Positions 28,556 to 38,062 of a DNA stretch of 64,000 nt are shown piece by piece. A model generated the notes under the pieces. That model did not search any database, was not told the origin of the DNA, and worked only from the letters and a program-made list of their open reading frames with translations. The translations under genes were made by a program, and so were the position numbers. How positions within the stretch are numbered: position 1 is the first letter of the stretch; each line of letters starts with the position of its first letter. The stretch is from a virus, in the IMG/VR virus record IMGVR_UViG_3300027801_002586, positions 1-64,000 of that record; one strand, 5' to 3'.

Positions 28556-28828
28556 ATGAATAATCAAGAATTAGTAGATTTGATAGTAAAGACATTTGAT
28601 GGTGTAATCATCGATGATTATGGTTGGGAACATTACACTATACCAAATAAGAAATATGATATTCGATTTGATGCATCTCGAATAGAATGGGCATGTGATT
28701 GTCCAGCATTTATGTACCGAAGAAAATTTAAGAAGAAGTATTGTAAACATATTATTGAGATACAGAGTAAAAAATTAGAACAACGGGTGGCAGATAGCAG
28801 AGGCCGTGCTGGTGCCAGAGTGGTCTAA
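28556..28828 (+). CDS. SWIM zinc-finger protein
   Basis: WACDCPAF...YCKHI. Confidence 0.8.
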   Translation: MNNQELVDLIVKTFDGVIIDDYGWEHYTIPNKKYDIRFDASRIEWACDCPAFMYRRKFKKKYCKHIIEIQSKKLEQRVADSRGRAGARVV

Positions 28829-28879
28829 TGGGGTGGATTGCAAATCCATTGTTCGTCGGTTCAAATCCGACCCAGCACT
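28806..28879 (+). tRNA. tRNA-Cys(GCA)
   Basis: GTGCTGG/CCAGCAC acceptor, GTGGA-TTGCAAA-TCCAT anticodon arm, GTTCAAATC T-loop, U73. Confidence 0.93.
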
Positions 28880-28902
28880 CAAAATATAAACGGAGATGAA
28901 AA

Positions 28903-29121
28903 GTGAGAATAACAGAAATAATAACACGATTGGAAAAGATTGAACTTGAATCAGATGGTGAGGTTAATGCGATGTGTACTAAATTGATAGATGATTTGAT
29001 AGAGTTTGAACTTATAGTGGATAAAGAAATACACAAGATTACAGAAAATTTGAAAACCGATGATTGGTTGGAGATGTTGTTAGCAGAGGGTATTAAATCT
29101 GGTTCAGTAGGGGAAGCTTAA
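28903..29121 (+). CDS. Hypothetical protein
   Basis: GGAG SD, GTG start. Confidence 0.55.
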   Translation: MRITEIITRLEKIELESDGEVNAMCTKLIDDLIEFELIVDKEIHKITENLKTDDWLEMLLAEGIKSGSVGEA

Positions 29122-29149
29122 TGTCGGTAAAATTAATTAAAAAAAACAC

Positions 29150-29179
29150 TTGACTCGTATAGGCAAAAAGCCTTATATT
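29150..29179 (+). promoter_or_regulatory. Early promoter P11
   Basis: TTGACT-18-TATATT. Confidence 0.8.
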
Positions 29180-29230
29180 AAAGTAATAAATAAAAATTGA
29201 CAAATAAACAAATAAATAAAGGAGTTAAAT

Positions 29231-29704
29231 ATGTCACAAACAATATTTGAAAAAGCAGGGGGATATGTAGTGAGTAAGGAAGTAATATATCCTTTTCAAG
29301 AAAATGTAAATTATATGGATTGTACTCACTGCCACATACCCGTAAGGAATGTGGGAGAGACTGCTACATCAGTAGTTTGTTCTCGATGTTTAATGGGACA
29401 AGTTGCTAAACAATTCCCCGAATCAATGGAGTCTATACGTACATACAAACCAACAGGACGACCAGCAGGTTGGCATTGGATGGCTGAGTTTGTAGATAAA
29501 GATGGTAACGTCTTTCATAAAGGTAAAGAGGTGAAAAAGTTAAAGGGTACATTAAAACCCACTAAGGCTTCTAAACCTAAGAAACGAATTAAACGTCGTA
29601 CTAAAGATGCGATACTTGTTGCAACTTATAAAGAAAAACAAATTCTAAAAAAAGCTGCTAAGAAACAACAAGATTTTCTTAATCATATAACTGAGGATAA
29701 ATAG
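29231..29704 (+). CDS. Zinc-finger, basic hypothetical protein
   Basis: CTHC...CSRC, GRPAGWHWM.EFVDKDGNVFHKG. Confidence 0.65.
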   Translation: MSQTIFEKAGGYVVSKEVIYPFQENVNYMDCTHCHIPVRNVGETATSVVCSRCLMGQVAKQFPESMESIRTYKPTGRPAGWHWMAEFVDKDGNVFHKGKEVKKLKGTLKPTKASKPKKRIKRRTKDAILVATYKEKQILKKAAKKQQDFLNHITEDK

Positions 29705-29706
29705 TT

Positions 29707-29865
29707 ATGAGTAAAAAAGTAAAAGGTCAATTCGACCATTACAAAAAATGGACTACTGACGAGGGATACACTTTCCTTGCGGAGAATAAAGAAGATGCTG
29801 AAGCGTATCTTAAAGTAACTGGTAGTGGTTCATTAGGTAAACTAAAGGAGGTCGAAGTTGGGTAG
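29707..29865 (+). CDS. Hypothetical 52-aa protein (not in ORF track)
   Basis: GAGG SD, MSKKVKGQFDHYKKWTTDEGYTF... Confidence 0.55.
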   Translation: MSKKVKGQFDHYKKWTTDEGYTFLAENKEDAEAYLKVTGSGSLGKLKEVEVG

Positions 29866-30130
29866 TTTAGATAAAATAATAGATTCCGTAACTTCCGCTG
29901 TGGAGACTGGAAATAGGTTTAAAGTAGGTGAAGTACTTAAAGGTGATAAACGATTGGAAGATGAGTCTTACGAAGATTTTAAAATTCGTAGGAAGGTTGA
30001 AAAGGGGTTAGTTAAGGATTATCTTAAAGGAAGATTTATTACAGATAATAAATCATCAGATGGAAAAAATGAACCATTGGTTACTAAGAGCAAAGAAGGT
30101 GGCCGACCAATATTAGAGCGTAATGTTTGA
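29858..30130 (+). CDS. Hypothetical protein
   Basis: GGAGG SD, TTG start. Confidence 0.55.
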   Translation: MGSLDKIIDSVTSAVETGNRFKVGEVLKGDKRLEDESYEDFKIRRKVEKGLVKDYLKGRFITDNKSSDGKNEPLVTKSKEGGRPILERNV

Positions 30131-30208
30131 ATTTTTAGTAGTATGTTTACTGATTTACATTGCAGTAAAATTAAGTGATATTAACGATAGTAATAAACCT
30201 GGATTTTA

Positions 30209-30799
30209 ATGAATAAGGTAGTTGATTGTTTTAAACACGATAACCCAGTTATCCACAAAAAGTTAAGAGAGGTTTCAGTTGAAGAAGGACTTGAAATTGC
30301 CGCAGAACTATTTAAGATACTTAATGAACGAGGGGATGGCATCGGGTTGGCTGCTAATCAAGTTGGTATTGATGCTGCTGTTGCTGTACTTAATGTTCGC
30401 GAACCGATTATCTTAATTAACCCAAAAATACTTTCAAAAGAAAATGAGATACCTTATTATGAGGGATGTCTATCTTTCCCAAAGAAAGGTTGTCATACCA
30501 AACGATATGAAACCATACATATACAAACCGCACAGGAAGAGAGTGGTTGGGTGTTTAGTGGAGCATTAAGTGGAAGTGATGGTAAAGGTAGTTGGGAAAA
30601 ACATGATGCCGAAAATGACGAATTAAGATTGTTAGAAACCATATGTGTTCAACATGAGATTGACCATTTAAATGGGTTAACAATATTTGATAGGGAAGAT
30701 AAACCACAACCTATTATAAGTAAAAAGGCCGTGGGCAGGAATGAACCTTGTCCTTGTGGTAGTGGTAAGAAGTTCAAAAAATGTTGTATAGGAAAATAA
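30209..30799 (+). CDS. def: Peptide deformylase with C-terminal SEC-C motif
   Basis: [20 protein letters not shown]; [18 protein letters not shown]. Confidence 0.93.
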   Translation: MNKVVDCFKHDNPVIHKKLREVSVEEGLEIAAELFKILNERGDGIGLAANQVGIDAAVAVLNVREPIILINPKILSKENEIPYYEGCLSFPKKGCHTKRYETIHIQTAQEESGWVFSGALSGSDGKGSWEKHDAENDELRLLETICVQHEIDHLNGLTIFDREDKPQPIISKKAVGRNEPCPCGSGKKFKKCCIGK

Positions 30800-30800
30800 T

Positions 30801-31082
30801 ATGAGAATTAGATTATGGAATAGATTTCTAAAGATGATGGATACAAAAGTTCCACTTTGGATAATCTTAGTAATAATGAATTTCTATTGGTTGACTACTT
30901 CAGTATATGATATAATTATACAAAGAGGGTTTCAACAAGCTATTATCCAAATGGAAAATGGGGAGTTGACTGTCTTAGAAGGAAGAGTTACACCAAGTGG
31001 AAGATTAAAACGAATAGAGGAATTTTTAGGAATGCCTCGTTCATTAACAGATGATAAACCAATCGTAAGGAAGAATAAATAA
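30801..31082 (+). CDS. Membrane-anchored hypothetical protein
   Basis: One TM segment. Confidence 0.55.
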   Translation: MRIRLWNRFLKMMDTKVPLWIILVIMNFYWLTTSVYDIIIQRGFQQAIIQMENGELTVLEGRVTPSGRLKRIEEFLGMPRSLTDDKPIVRKNK

Positions 31083-31324
31083 TGGCTGGATTCAAAGGTA
31101 GACCAAGTAACAAAAGACCAATAGTTGAAGCAATTAGACGCAAGTGTGTTGGTTGTGGTAAAATTAAAGAAGTTAAATTTAAAAAATATTGGATACCATC
31201 TTATTCAGATTTAAGTGAGATACCCGTATATTTAAAGAATGGCCCGAAAACCAATCGGTTAGAACGTAAGGGTGCGATAGTTAAATACTATTGTGAATAT
31301 GAGTGTTATCAAGAACATTTATAA
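31082..31324 (+). CDS. Small zinc-finger-like protein
   Basis: CVGC...YCEYEC. Confidence 0.5.
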   Translation: MAGFKGRPSNKRPIVEAIRRKCVGCGKIKEVKFKKYWIPSYSDLSEIPVYLKNGPKTNRLERKGAIVKYYCEYECYQEHL

Positions 31325-31555
31325 ATGAGTAAGAAGAAATCAATCTACGATTCGGGTACAACCAAAGGTTCAGCACCAAGAACATCAGACAAGAAAAGGT
31401 ATGATGATAATTGGGAGAAAATCTTTGGTAAGAAAGAAAACTCATCAACACCCAATCCATATGGTGATGATGATTTTGCAACACCAACAGAATCGAGTGG
31501 AAGTGTTAAACATTTCGCGGATGGGTTTCACGAAGGCAACTGGCAAGATGATTGA
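31325..31555 (+). CDS. Hypothetical protein
   Basis: KGSAPR...YDDNWEKIFGK phage pattern. Confidence 0.6.
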   Translation: MSKKKSIYDSGTTKGSAPRTSDKKRYDDNWEKIFGKKENSSTPNPYGDDDFATPTESSGSVKHFADGFHEGNWQDD

Positions 31556-31669
31556 AAAAATAAAATCCATTTTGGGTAAACTTCGTAATATGTATTTTAT
31601 GTACCAATACGGAAAACACTTACAAAAACGAATCGAGAAAAACGATTTCGGAAGGAGACCTGAATATTA

Positions 31670-32152
31670 ATGCAAACATTTTTACCATATAGTGATTTTG
31701 AAAAATCAGCCAAAGTATTAGATTGGCGTAGACTTGGTAAACAACGAGTTGAGGGTATGCAGATTTTAAATGCTATCGAACAGAAACCAAGAAAAGATGG
31801 GAAACCATATAAGGGGTGGGTTAATCATCCTTGTAGTGTTATGTGGAAAGCATATGTACCAGCATTAAAACACTATACTAATATTATTATTACAGAGTGG
31901 ATTAATCGTGGATACAATAACAATATGAAATTCTATGCTGTTGATGATTTAGTAATACCACATTGGATAGGTGATGAGCGAATACATTCATCACACAGAG
32001 CTAACCTATTAAGAAAAGATTTTGAGTGGTATGGACAGTATGGTTGGGATGAAGGTCTCAAAGATGTAGAAACTGCACCCTATGTGTGGCATGATATTGA
32101 GGGTAAGTTTTATGAACAATTGATAGGAACGGGAGTTAGAAACTATTTATGA
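31670..32152 (+). CDS. Pyrimidine-dimer DNA glycosylase-like (MSMEG_6728/DenV family)
   Basis: MQTFLPY, LDWRRLGKQRVE, HP..MW, SHRANLLRKD. Confidence 0.85.
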   Translation: MQTFLPYSDFEKSAKVLDWRRLGKQRVEGMQILNAIEQKPRKDGKPYKGWVNHPCSVMWKAYVPALKHYTNIIITEWINRGYNNNMKFYAVDDLVIPHWIGDERIHSSHRANLLRKDFEWYGQYGWDEGLKDVETAPYVWHDIEGKFYEQLIGTGVRNYL

Positions 32153-32204
32153 TTTACAAACAAGGTTTAATAATAAACCACTAAACAAACAAGGAGTACA
32201 GGTT

Positions 32205-32408
32205 ATGTATTTTGAAACACAAGTAATATTTACAGAAGAAATCCCAACGAAGAATGGAGTACGAGAAAAGAAAACTCGTAGAGCATTTTTAGTTGAGTGT
32301 GATTCTGTATCAGTAGCAGAAGCAAAGGTAAATGAAACATTAAAAGATTCACCATATCCCTTTGAAGTTAAAGTAGCAAAAGAATCTAAAATTGTAGAGG
32401 TAATTTAG
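32205..32408 (+). CDS. DUF4494-like small protein
   Basis: FLVECDSVSVAEAKV...ESKIVEVI pattern. Confidence 0.6.
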   Translation: MYFETQVIFTEEIPTKNGVREKKTRRAFLVECDSVSVAEAKVNETLKDSPYPFEVKVAKESKIVEVI

Positions 32409-32584
32409 TGAAACCAGATAAAGTAGAGATGGTATTTGATATCATAATTACAAGTCTTAAACTTGGAGCAGGATGTATATTACTATATGTGATGTATCAG
32501 TTCACTCAAGGTATGGGAGCATGGGTTGAATTAGATAGGATTACGAGATGATGGGTTATTACAAATCTAATATAGGAGTTGAAC

Positions 32585-32791
32585 ATGAGTTATAAAGGTT
32601 GGGATACTATGTTAGGATTGTTTGGTGCTGGACTTATAATATTGGCAACACTATTATTTTTTGTTCCTTTTTGGGCATTGTGGAATTGGATAATGCCTGT
32701 ATTTGGATTACCAACATTGACGATTTTACAGAGTATAGGATTATACTTATTATTGAAACTTGTGATATTTACACCTACAACAAAGGAGTAA
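32585..32791 (+). CDS. Small membrane protein
   Basis: LWNWIMPVFGLP.LT..Q pattern, GGAG SD. Confidence 0.55.
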   Translation: MSYKGWDTMLGLFGAGLIILATLLFFVPFWALWNWIMPVFGLPTLTILQSIGLYLLLKLVIFTPTTKE

Positions 32792-32795
32792 CGAA

Positions 32796-32951
32796 ATGTC
32801 ACTTGCGGAAATAAAGAAAAAATTAGAAAAAGCCTACAATGAAGAGGATTGGGGTATAGTAGAAGATTTATTAGAAACATTATCATATGAAGTTGAAATC
32901 GAAGGCGAAGGTTTTTGGGGTGATGACGATGATGATGTGGAAAATGATTAA
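32796..32951 (+). CDS. Small acidic protein (not in ORF track)
   Basis: GGAG SD; MSLAEIKKKLEKAYNEEDW...DDDDDVEND. Confidence 0.55.
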   Translation: MSLAEIKKKLEKAYNEEDWGIVEDLLETLSYEVEIEGEGFWGDDDDDVEND

Positions 32952-32958
32952 GTAGTAT

Positions 32959-33299
32959 GGGGCTGCTTGGTATCGACAGGTGTTATTTGACACTTGGGTG
33001 CAACGGAGTTTGAACAAGACTCGCTACAAAAGGTTCACTTTGATTAATTGGCACACAAGCTAATTTAACTTACGCTTACGCGTAACATCTTACTTATGAC
33101 ACCGATAGTAAGATAAGATGTCGACATCGGTAGACCACTCTTTTTATAGGTTGGAGTTAAACTTAATCTTTCAGTTAAGCCATTCTGTGTAAAATGGTGA
33201 AGTGGGTTGGAGATAACTACTTATTTGGAATCTCACTAAGTTGTGAATGACCCTTTGGAAAAAGCAGACTGGACGCGGGTTCGACTCCCGCCAGCTCCA
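32959..33299 (+). ncRNA. ssrA: tmRNA
   Basis: 5' GGGGCTG...GGTATCGAC, 3' GGACGCGGGTTCGACTCCCGCCAGCTCCA; internal tag ORF 33050-33085. Confidence 0.93.
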
Positions 33300-33333
33300 C
33301 AAAACAATAAAAAATGAAAAGGTTATATTTAAA

Positions 33334-33651
33334 ATGGTAGAATATATTTTGTTAGGTATTCTTGCTCCTGTAGTTCTCAATCTAATGCACTTATTGGTTG
33401 GGATATATGTGGTGGTACAAAGAGGTAGTGTAATGTCATTAGGATTTTCTGGCATAAGTTTCTTAACTAAAACAATCGGAATGATGCTTCTAACTTGGGT
33501 AGGGGTAAGTAAATTAAACTTAGACGTTCAGATATTTGTGCCAATGTTGGCATTCTTTTGGTTCTTTACTCATATAGTAGAAGCCTTTGTGATACAACAT
33601 TACATAGATGAAAATCAATCTGAATATATTAAAGGGATACAAATAAAATGA
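33334..33651 (+). CDS. Multi-TM membrane protein (AtpI-like topology)
   Basis: Hydrophobic helices; upstream part of the track ORF overlaps tmRNA, so start moved. Confidence 0.55.
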   Translation: MVEYILLGILAPVVLNLMHLLVGIYVVVQRGSVMSLGFSGISFLTKTIGMMLLTWVGVSKLNLDVQIFVPMLAFFWFFTHIVEAFVIQHYIDENQSEYIKGIQIK

Positions 33652-34244
33652 ATTTTAACAAGTTAGCTAGATATTTATATACGAGTGGAAATGACGATTC
33701 ATATGAATCAGTAATGAAAAATATAAGAACATATTCAAGTTTGGCTTTTATAGCCTTAGTGATATTTAATGGTTTCGTATGGACAACGATTTTTGATAAT
33801 TACAAGAGTTTTCATCAAGAAACTTTGGTGAACTTGAAAGAGGATAATCAGAAACTAAACAATTTAGTTTCGGAACATAACCTTGAGGGGATGGATGTGG
33901 TAGTAACGATGTATCATCCAGTTTCGTATCAAACAGACTCCACACCGAACATTCTCGCGGATGGAACGCGAATACGGGTACACAAAGCTAGTGAGTACCG
34001 ATACATAGCGGTTAGTAGGAATCTTTTGAAACGCTGGGGTGGTTGGTTAGATTACGGCGACTTTATTCTCTTAAAGGGAACTGACGGTAAAGATGGTATG
34101 TACCAAGTAAAAGATACAATGAACGCAAGATTTGTAAATCGTATAGACATCTTGGAATCACCAGGTACAAAACCATACAAGTTCGATATTGCTCAAATAT
34201 CAAGAGTGCCAGATGATACTTTTGTGTCATACAACAATAAATAA
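33648..34244 (+). CDS. Membrane-anchored 3D-domain (MltA-like) protein
   Basis: VTMY...QTDSTP..ADG, IAVSR, VKDTMN..RIDIL; true start may be 33714. Confidence 0.75.
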   Translation: MNFNKLARYLYTSGNDDSYESVMKNIRTYSSLAFIALVIFNGFVWTTIFDNYKSFHQETLVNLKEDNQKLNNLVSEHNLEGMDVVVTMYHPVSYQTDSTPNILADGTRIRVHKASEYRYIAVSRNLLKRWGGWLDYGDFILLKGTDGKDGMYQVKDTMNARFVNRIDILESPGTKPYKFDIAQISRVPDDTFVSYNNK

Positions 34245-34270
34245 AAAATAAAAAATACAACAGGTAATAA

Positions 34271-35890
34271 ATGAAAAAATGGTTTTATGAGAGAAGTAAG
34301 TTCTCTGAGTTTAAATCAAATACGACTTATCATAAGTTGTTAGAGATGTCAGTAGAGGATTTCAATGAGTGGGCACGATTGCTAAGACAAGAAGTAACTA
34401 CTCAATGGGATGAGTATGGAACACCACCTGTAATCGGTAGAGATGAAGATGGTATTATTCAAAAATTCAAAAAATTAAAAGACAATCCTTGTAATTATTT
34501 AATTGAAGATAATACTGGTGATGATGAATCACTTGGTATAATTAAAAACTTCAATAAAGATGCAAGTAGTGTTAATCAATTCTTCCCAACAATGTTAAAA
34601 ACAAAAATCAGTATTGGTGCATCAGCCGATAATGGATTATCTATATACGACCACTTTGGTGACCCAGAGTTAGAAGATAAGTTTGTTCACATTATGCGTA
34701 GAGCAGTAAAGAAAGATTCTATGTATAGTTGGAGTAGAAGTATTGTAACCAAGAAAGATGAGAATCCATTTTGGAATGGACAGACTGGTAAAGAGTTTAT
34801 TAGAGATGTACACGAGGGTAAAGTGTTTACTGGTAAATACAAAGATACAGGTATTGTACTTGCAAGAGTAAAAGAAAATACTGTCGGTAATTATGGTACA
34901 ATGAATGAAGAGTTTAAAGGACATGGAAATGTTTATTTAACTGCAGAGGAAGTACAAGAGTGTAAAGATAGTGGTTACTTGAATGATACACAATTAAGTA
35001 ACATACCAGATATAGTTTCAAGCGAAACGAGTAAGACTGGTAATGTAACTAAGTTCTTATATTTGATTAGACATTATGACAAAACTATCGGAATCTTTCC
35101 AAAGATATTACAAGTGTTTAGATTAGCGTGTGGACAACCTGCAGTAAACTTTCCACCATTAACTGCTAAACTTTTGTATGAAAAATTTACAAATCATATA
35201 GAAAATCAAGAACAAAAATTTCATATCTATGACCCATCCGCAGGTTGGGGTGGTAGAATATTAGGAGCAATGAGTTCTCGTAAGAATATTCATTATGTAG
35301 GTACAGACCCTAACCCAGATAACTTAGGTAGATATCAAGCAGTTGCTGATTTCTATAATAGTAATTGTGTTGATGATTTTTCTGATAACTTCAATAAGTT
35401 TTTTGATGTAGAGAAACAATCAAACACGTATGAAGTATTTAGTGATGGGAGTGAATTAATATCTAACAATCCAGCATTTCAAAAATATAAAGGTAAGTTG
35501 GATGTAGTATTTACTTCGCCACCATACTTTAATCGTGAACAATATTCCCAAGATGAGAATCAGTCGTTCAAAGCCTATAGTGAGTATCAAGACTGGAGAG
35601 ATAACTTCTTAGAACCCACTTTACGAACTGCGTATGAGTATCTCAAACGAGATAGATATATCCTTTGGAACATCGCTAGTATAAAGATAGGAGCAAATAC
35701 CTACTATGATTTAGAGGGTGATAGTAGAAAAATATTAGAAGAGCTTGGTTGTGAGTATAAAGGAAAGCTAAAAATGTTAATGACAAGGATGATTGGCTTA
35801 GACCCAAGTAAGACTGGAATATTAAATTCAGTACAATATGATAATAATGTTTATAAATTTGAACCTATATTTGTGTACTATAAAAGATGA
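34271..35890 (+). CDS. SAM-dependent amino-methyltransferase-fold DNA modification enzyme
   Basis: YDPSAGWGGR (motif I) and FTSPPYF (motif IV). Confidence 0.85.
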   Translation: MKKWFYERSKFSEFKSNTTYHKLLEMSVEDFNEWARLLRQEVTTQWDEYGTPPVIGRDEDGIIQKFKKLKDNPCNYLIEDNTGDDESLGIIKNFNKDASSVNQFFPTMLKTKISIGASADNGLSIYDHFGDPELEDKFVHIMRRAVKKDSMYSWSRSIVTKKDENPFWNGQTGKEFIRDVHEGKVFTGKYKDTGIVLARVKENTVGNYGTMNEEFKGHGNVYLTAEEVQECKDSGYLNDTQLSNIPDIVSSETSKTGNVTKFLYLIRHYDKTIGIFPKILQVFRLACGQPAVNFPPLTAKLLYEKFTNHIENQEQKFHIYDPSAGWGGRILGAMSSRKNIHYVGTDPNPDNLGRYQAVADFYNSNCVDDFSDNFNKFFDVEKQSNTYEVFSDGSELISNNPAFQKYKGKLDVVFTSPPYFNREQYSQDENQSFKAYSEYQDWRDNFLEPTLRTAYEYLKRDRYILWNIASIKIGANTYYDLEGDSRKILEELGCEYKGKLKMLMTRMIGLDPSKTGILNSVQYDNNVYKFEPIFVYYKR

Positions 35891-36573
35891 TAATAATTAA
35901 AGCAAACTCACCAACAGATGCTTGGATACAATCACACGAGTATCTTTTAGCAAATGGTAACAAAGATGTGATGAATGAAAGTATTAATATGTCGGTAGAG
36001 ATAGAAGATAACTTCGATGTCGATATAAAATTTGATGGAGTATTCAGAGAAATCTTTGGTGATGATAGAATAGATTATGCAAGTTCAGTTACATTTGTTA
36101 AACCAACAGAACATCCGTTTATGGATGAGTTACAATACAAACAGAATGATATCAAAGTAAAGTGGAATAAAACTTATTGGGGTAGAATGATTAATTGGGA
36201 TAATAGTTTTAATCAAATAGAACAAGTTATTAAAAGATTAAAAGAACATAAGAATAGTAAAACAATTGCAATGAGTATCTATGACCCAAAATCAGATGGT
36301 AGAAAAACTATGAGTGGAATGCCATGTTTATTATCGATAGATTTAAAACCACGAAAAGATGGATTGTATTTAACAGCATTCTTTCGTAGTATGAGAATTA
36401 GTAAAAGTGGTTATGCTGATTGGATGGCGTTGTGTGAATTAGGTAAGTTCTTATGTGAACAAGCAAATTTAAAATTAAAACGAGTTACCACAATTGGCGG
36501 TTCGGTACATATTGGGGATATGAATAACGAAAAGAAAAATGTGAGGGAGTTGCTTAGTGTGTGGAATAGTTAG
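35887..36573 (+). CDS. Thymidylate synthase/dCMP hydroxymethylase superfamily protein
   Basis: Y.GR, MPCL catalytic Cys, RSMRISKSGYAD, GSVHI. Confidence 0.8.
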   Translation: MIIIKANSPTDAWIQSHEYLLANGNKDVMNESINMSVEIEDNFDVDIKFDGVFREIFGDDRIDYASSVTFVKPTEHPFMDELQYKQNDIKVKWNKTYWGRMINWDNSFNQIEQVIKRLKEHKNSKTIAMSIYDPKSDGRKTMSGMPCLLSIDLKPRKDGLYLTAFFRSMRISKSGYADWMALCELGKFLCEQANLKLKRVTTIGGSVHIGDMNNEKKNVRELLSVWNS

Positions 36574-38062
36574 TACTATTGGTTATACAGAAGATGATGT
36601 AGAGGTGATGTTACAGGAGATTGAACATCGAGGTAGAGACAACAGAGAAATTTATCAGAGTGGTAATGTTATACTTGGACATAATCGTTTAAGTATTAAT
36701 GATGTTAGTTCAGATGGGAATCAACCATTCGTATGGAATGATTATGCACTTGTAGTTAATGGTGAGATATGGAACTATCCACAATTAAGAAAAGAATATG
36801 AAGAACGAGGTTATAGATTTTTTAGTAATAGTGATTCGGAAATAATTTTATATTTGTATAAGGAGAATGAGTTACCAAGATTAGATGGTATGTTTAGTTT
36901 TGCACTACACGATACAATGACTAATCAATTAATTCTATCGAGAGATTGGGTTGGTAAGATACCATTATATATTTACAATAATGATACGAATATTATAGTA
37001 GCATCTGAAATGAAATCCATACTAAAAATATTACCACAAGCAGAATGTAAGTTTGTACCAAAAAATTCGGTGGTTACAATAGGAACTGAAACTGGAACAA
37101 TACATATTGAGAAAGATTATTATTTTAGTTTTTCGAAATATGAAGTAAAAGAATTTGACCAAGATGAAGTGAATAAAAAAACATATGAGTTATTGGATAA
37201 CGCTATTGAAAAAAGATTATTAAGTGATGTTAAGGTTGCAACTTGTTTGAGTGGTGGAATTGATTCAAGTGTGATTACTTATTTGTTAAGTAAGAAAGTA
37301 CCTGATATAGTATCTTATACAGTCAAGTTCGATGAAGATTCAAGAGATTTAATGTTTGCAAGAATGGTTGCAAAACATATTGATGTACCATTGGTTGAGG
37401 TTGAGATACCAAGAGACCCAGAAGAAATAAAAAGAAAATTTTTAGAAACAATTAGGGTTATAGAATATCCATCAACAGTCCAAATGGAAGTTGGTATTTT
37501 ACAAAGTTATGTTGCAGAACAAATGGCAAAGGATGGGGTTAAGGTTGCGTTTAGTGGTGAAGGTTCTGATGAGGCGTATGGTTCATATGGTATGGTAAGA
37601 ATGTTCAGTAAGAAACCTGACTGGAGTGATGTAAGAAAAAAGATGTTTGAAAAACAATACTATGGTAATTTACTTCGTGGTAATAATATTTTTATGAACT
37701 ATGGAACAATCGAATTAAGATGTCCATTCTTCGATTTGGATTTTTTAAATTACACCACAAACTTGAATCAGCCAGTATTGGATAATGGTGGTAACCAATG
37801 GAAGAAACCACTTGCTGAAGCATTTCGTGGCCACTTACCAGATGAAGTATGTGACCAAGAGAAAAGAGCATTTCAAAAGGGAACAAACTTTAAAGACTAT
37901 ATAGAAGATTTAATTCTTAATGATAGAGATTTAAATTTTAGAAATAGAAAAAAACTATTTCATTGTATAGGAGATAACTTTGAAAAAATATTTGGTTTCA
38001 AACATAAAGGTATGAGAGATACTTTGAGTGGAACTGAAAGTGGATTTAATAAATGGGCATGA
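36557..38062 (+). CDS. Asparagine synthase B-like glutamine amidotransferase
   Basis: N-terminal CGI, HRG, RLSI, NGEIWN, SDSE, LSGGIDSS, SGEGSDE, ELRCPF. Confidence 0.92.
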   Translation: MCGIVSTIGYTEDDVEVMLQEIEHRGRDNREIYQSGNVILGHNRLSINDVSSDGNQPFVWNDYALVVNGEIWNYPQLRKEYEERGYRFFSNSDSEIILYLYKENELPRLDGMFSFALHDTMTNQLILSRDWVGKIPLYIYNNDTNIIVASEMKSILKILPQAECKFVPKNSVVTIGTETGTIHIEKDYYFSFSKYEVKEFDQDEVNKKTYELLDNAIEKRLLSDVKVATCLSGGIDSSVITYLLSKKVPDIVSYTVKFDEDSRDLMFARMVAKHIDVPLVEVEIPRDPEEIKRKFLETIRVIEYPSTVQMEVGILQSYVAEQMAKDGVKVAFSGEGSDEAYGSYGMVRMFSKKPDWSDVRKKMFEKQYYGNLLRGNNIFMNYGTIELRCPFFDLDFLNYTTNLNQPVLDNGGNQWKKPLAEAFRGHLPDEVCDQEKRAFQKGTNFKDYIEDLILNDRDLNFRNRKKLFHCIGDNFEKIFGFKHKGMRDTLSGTESGFNKWA

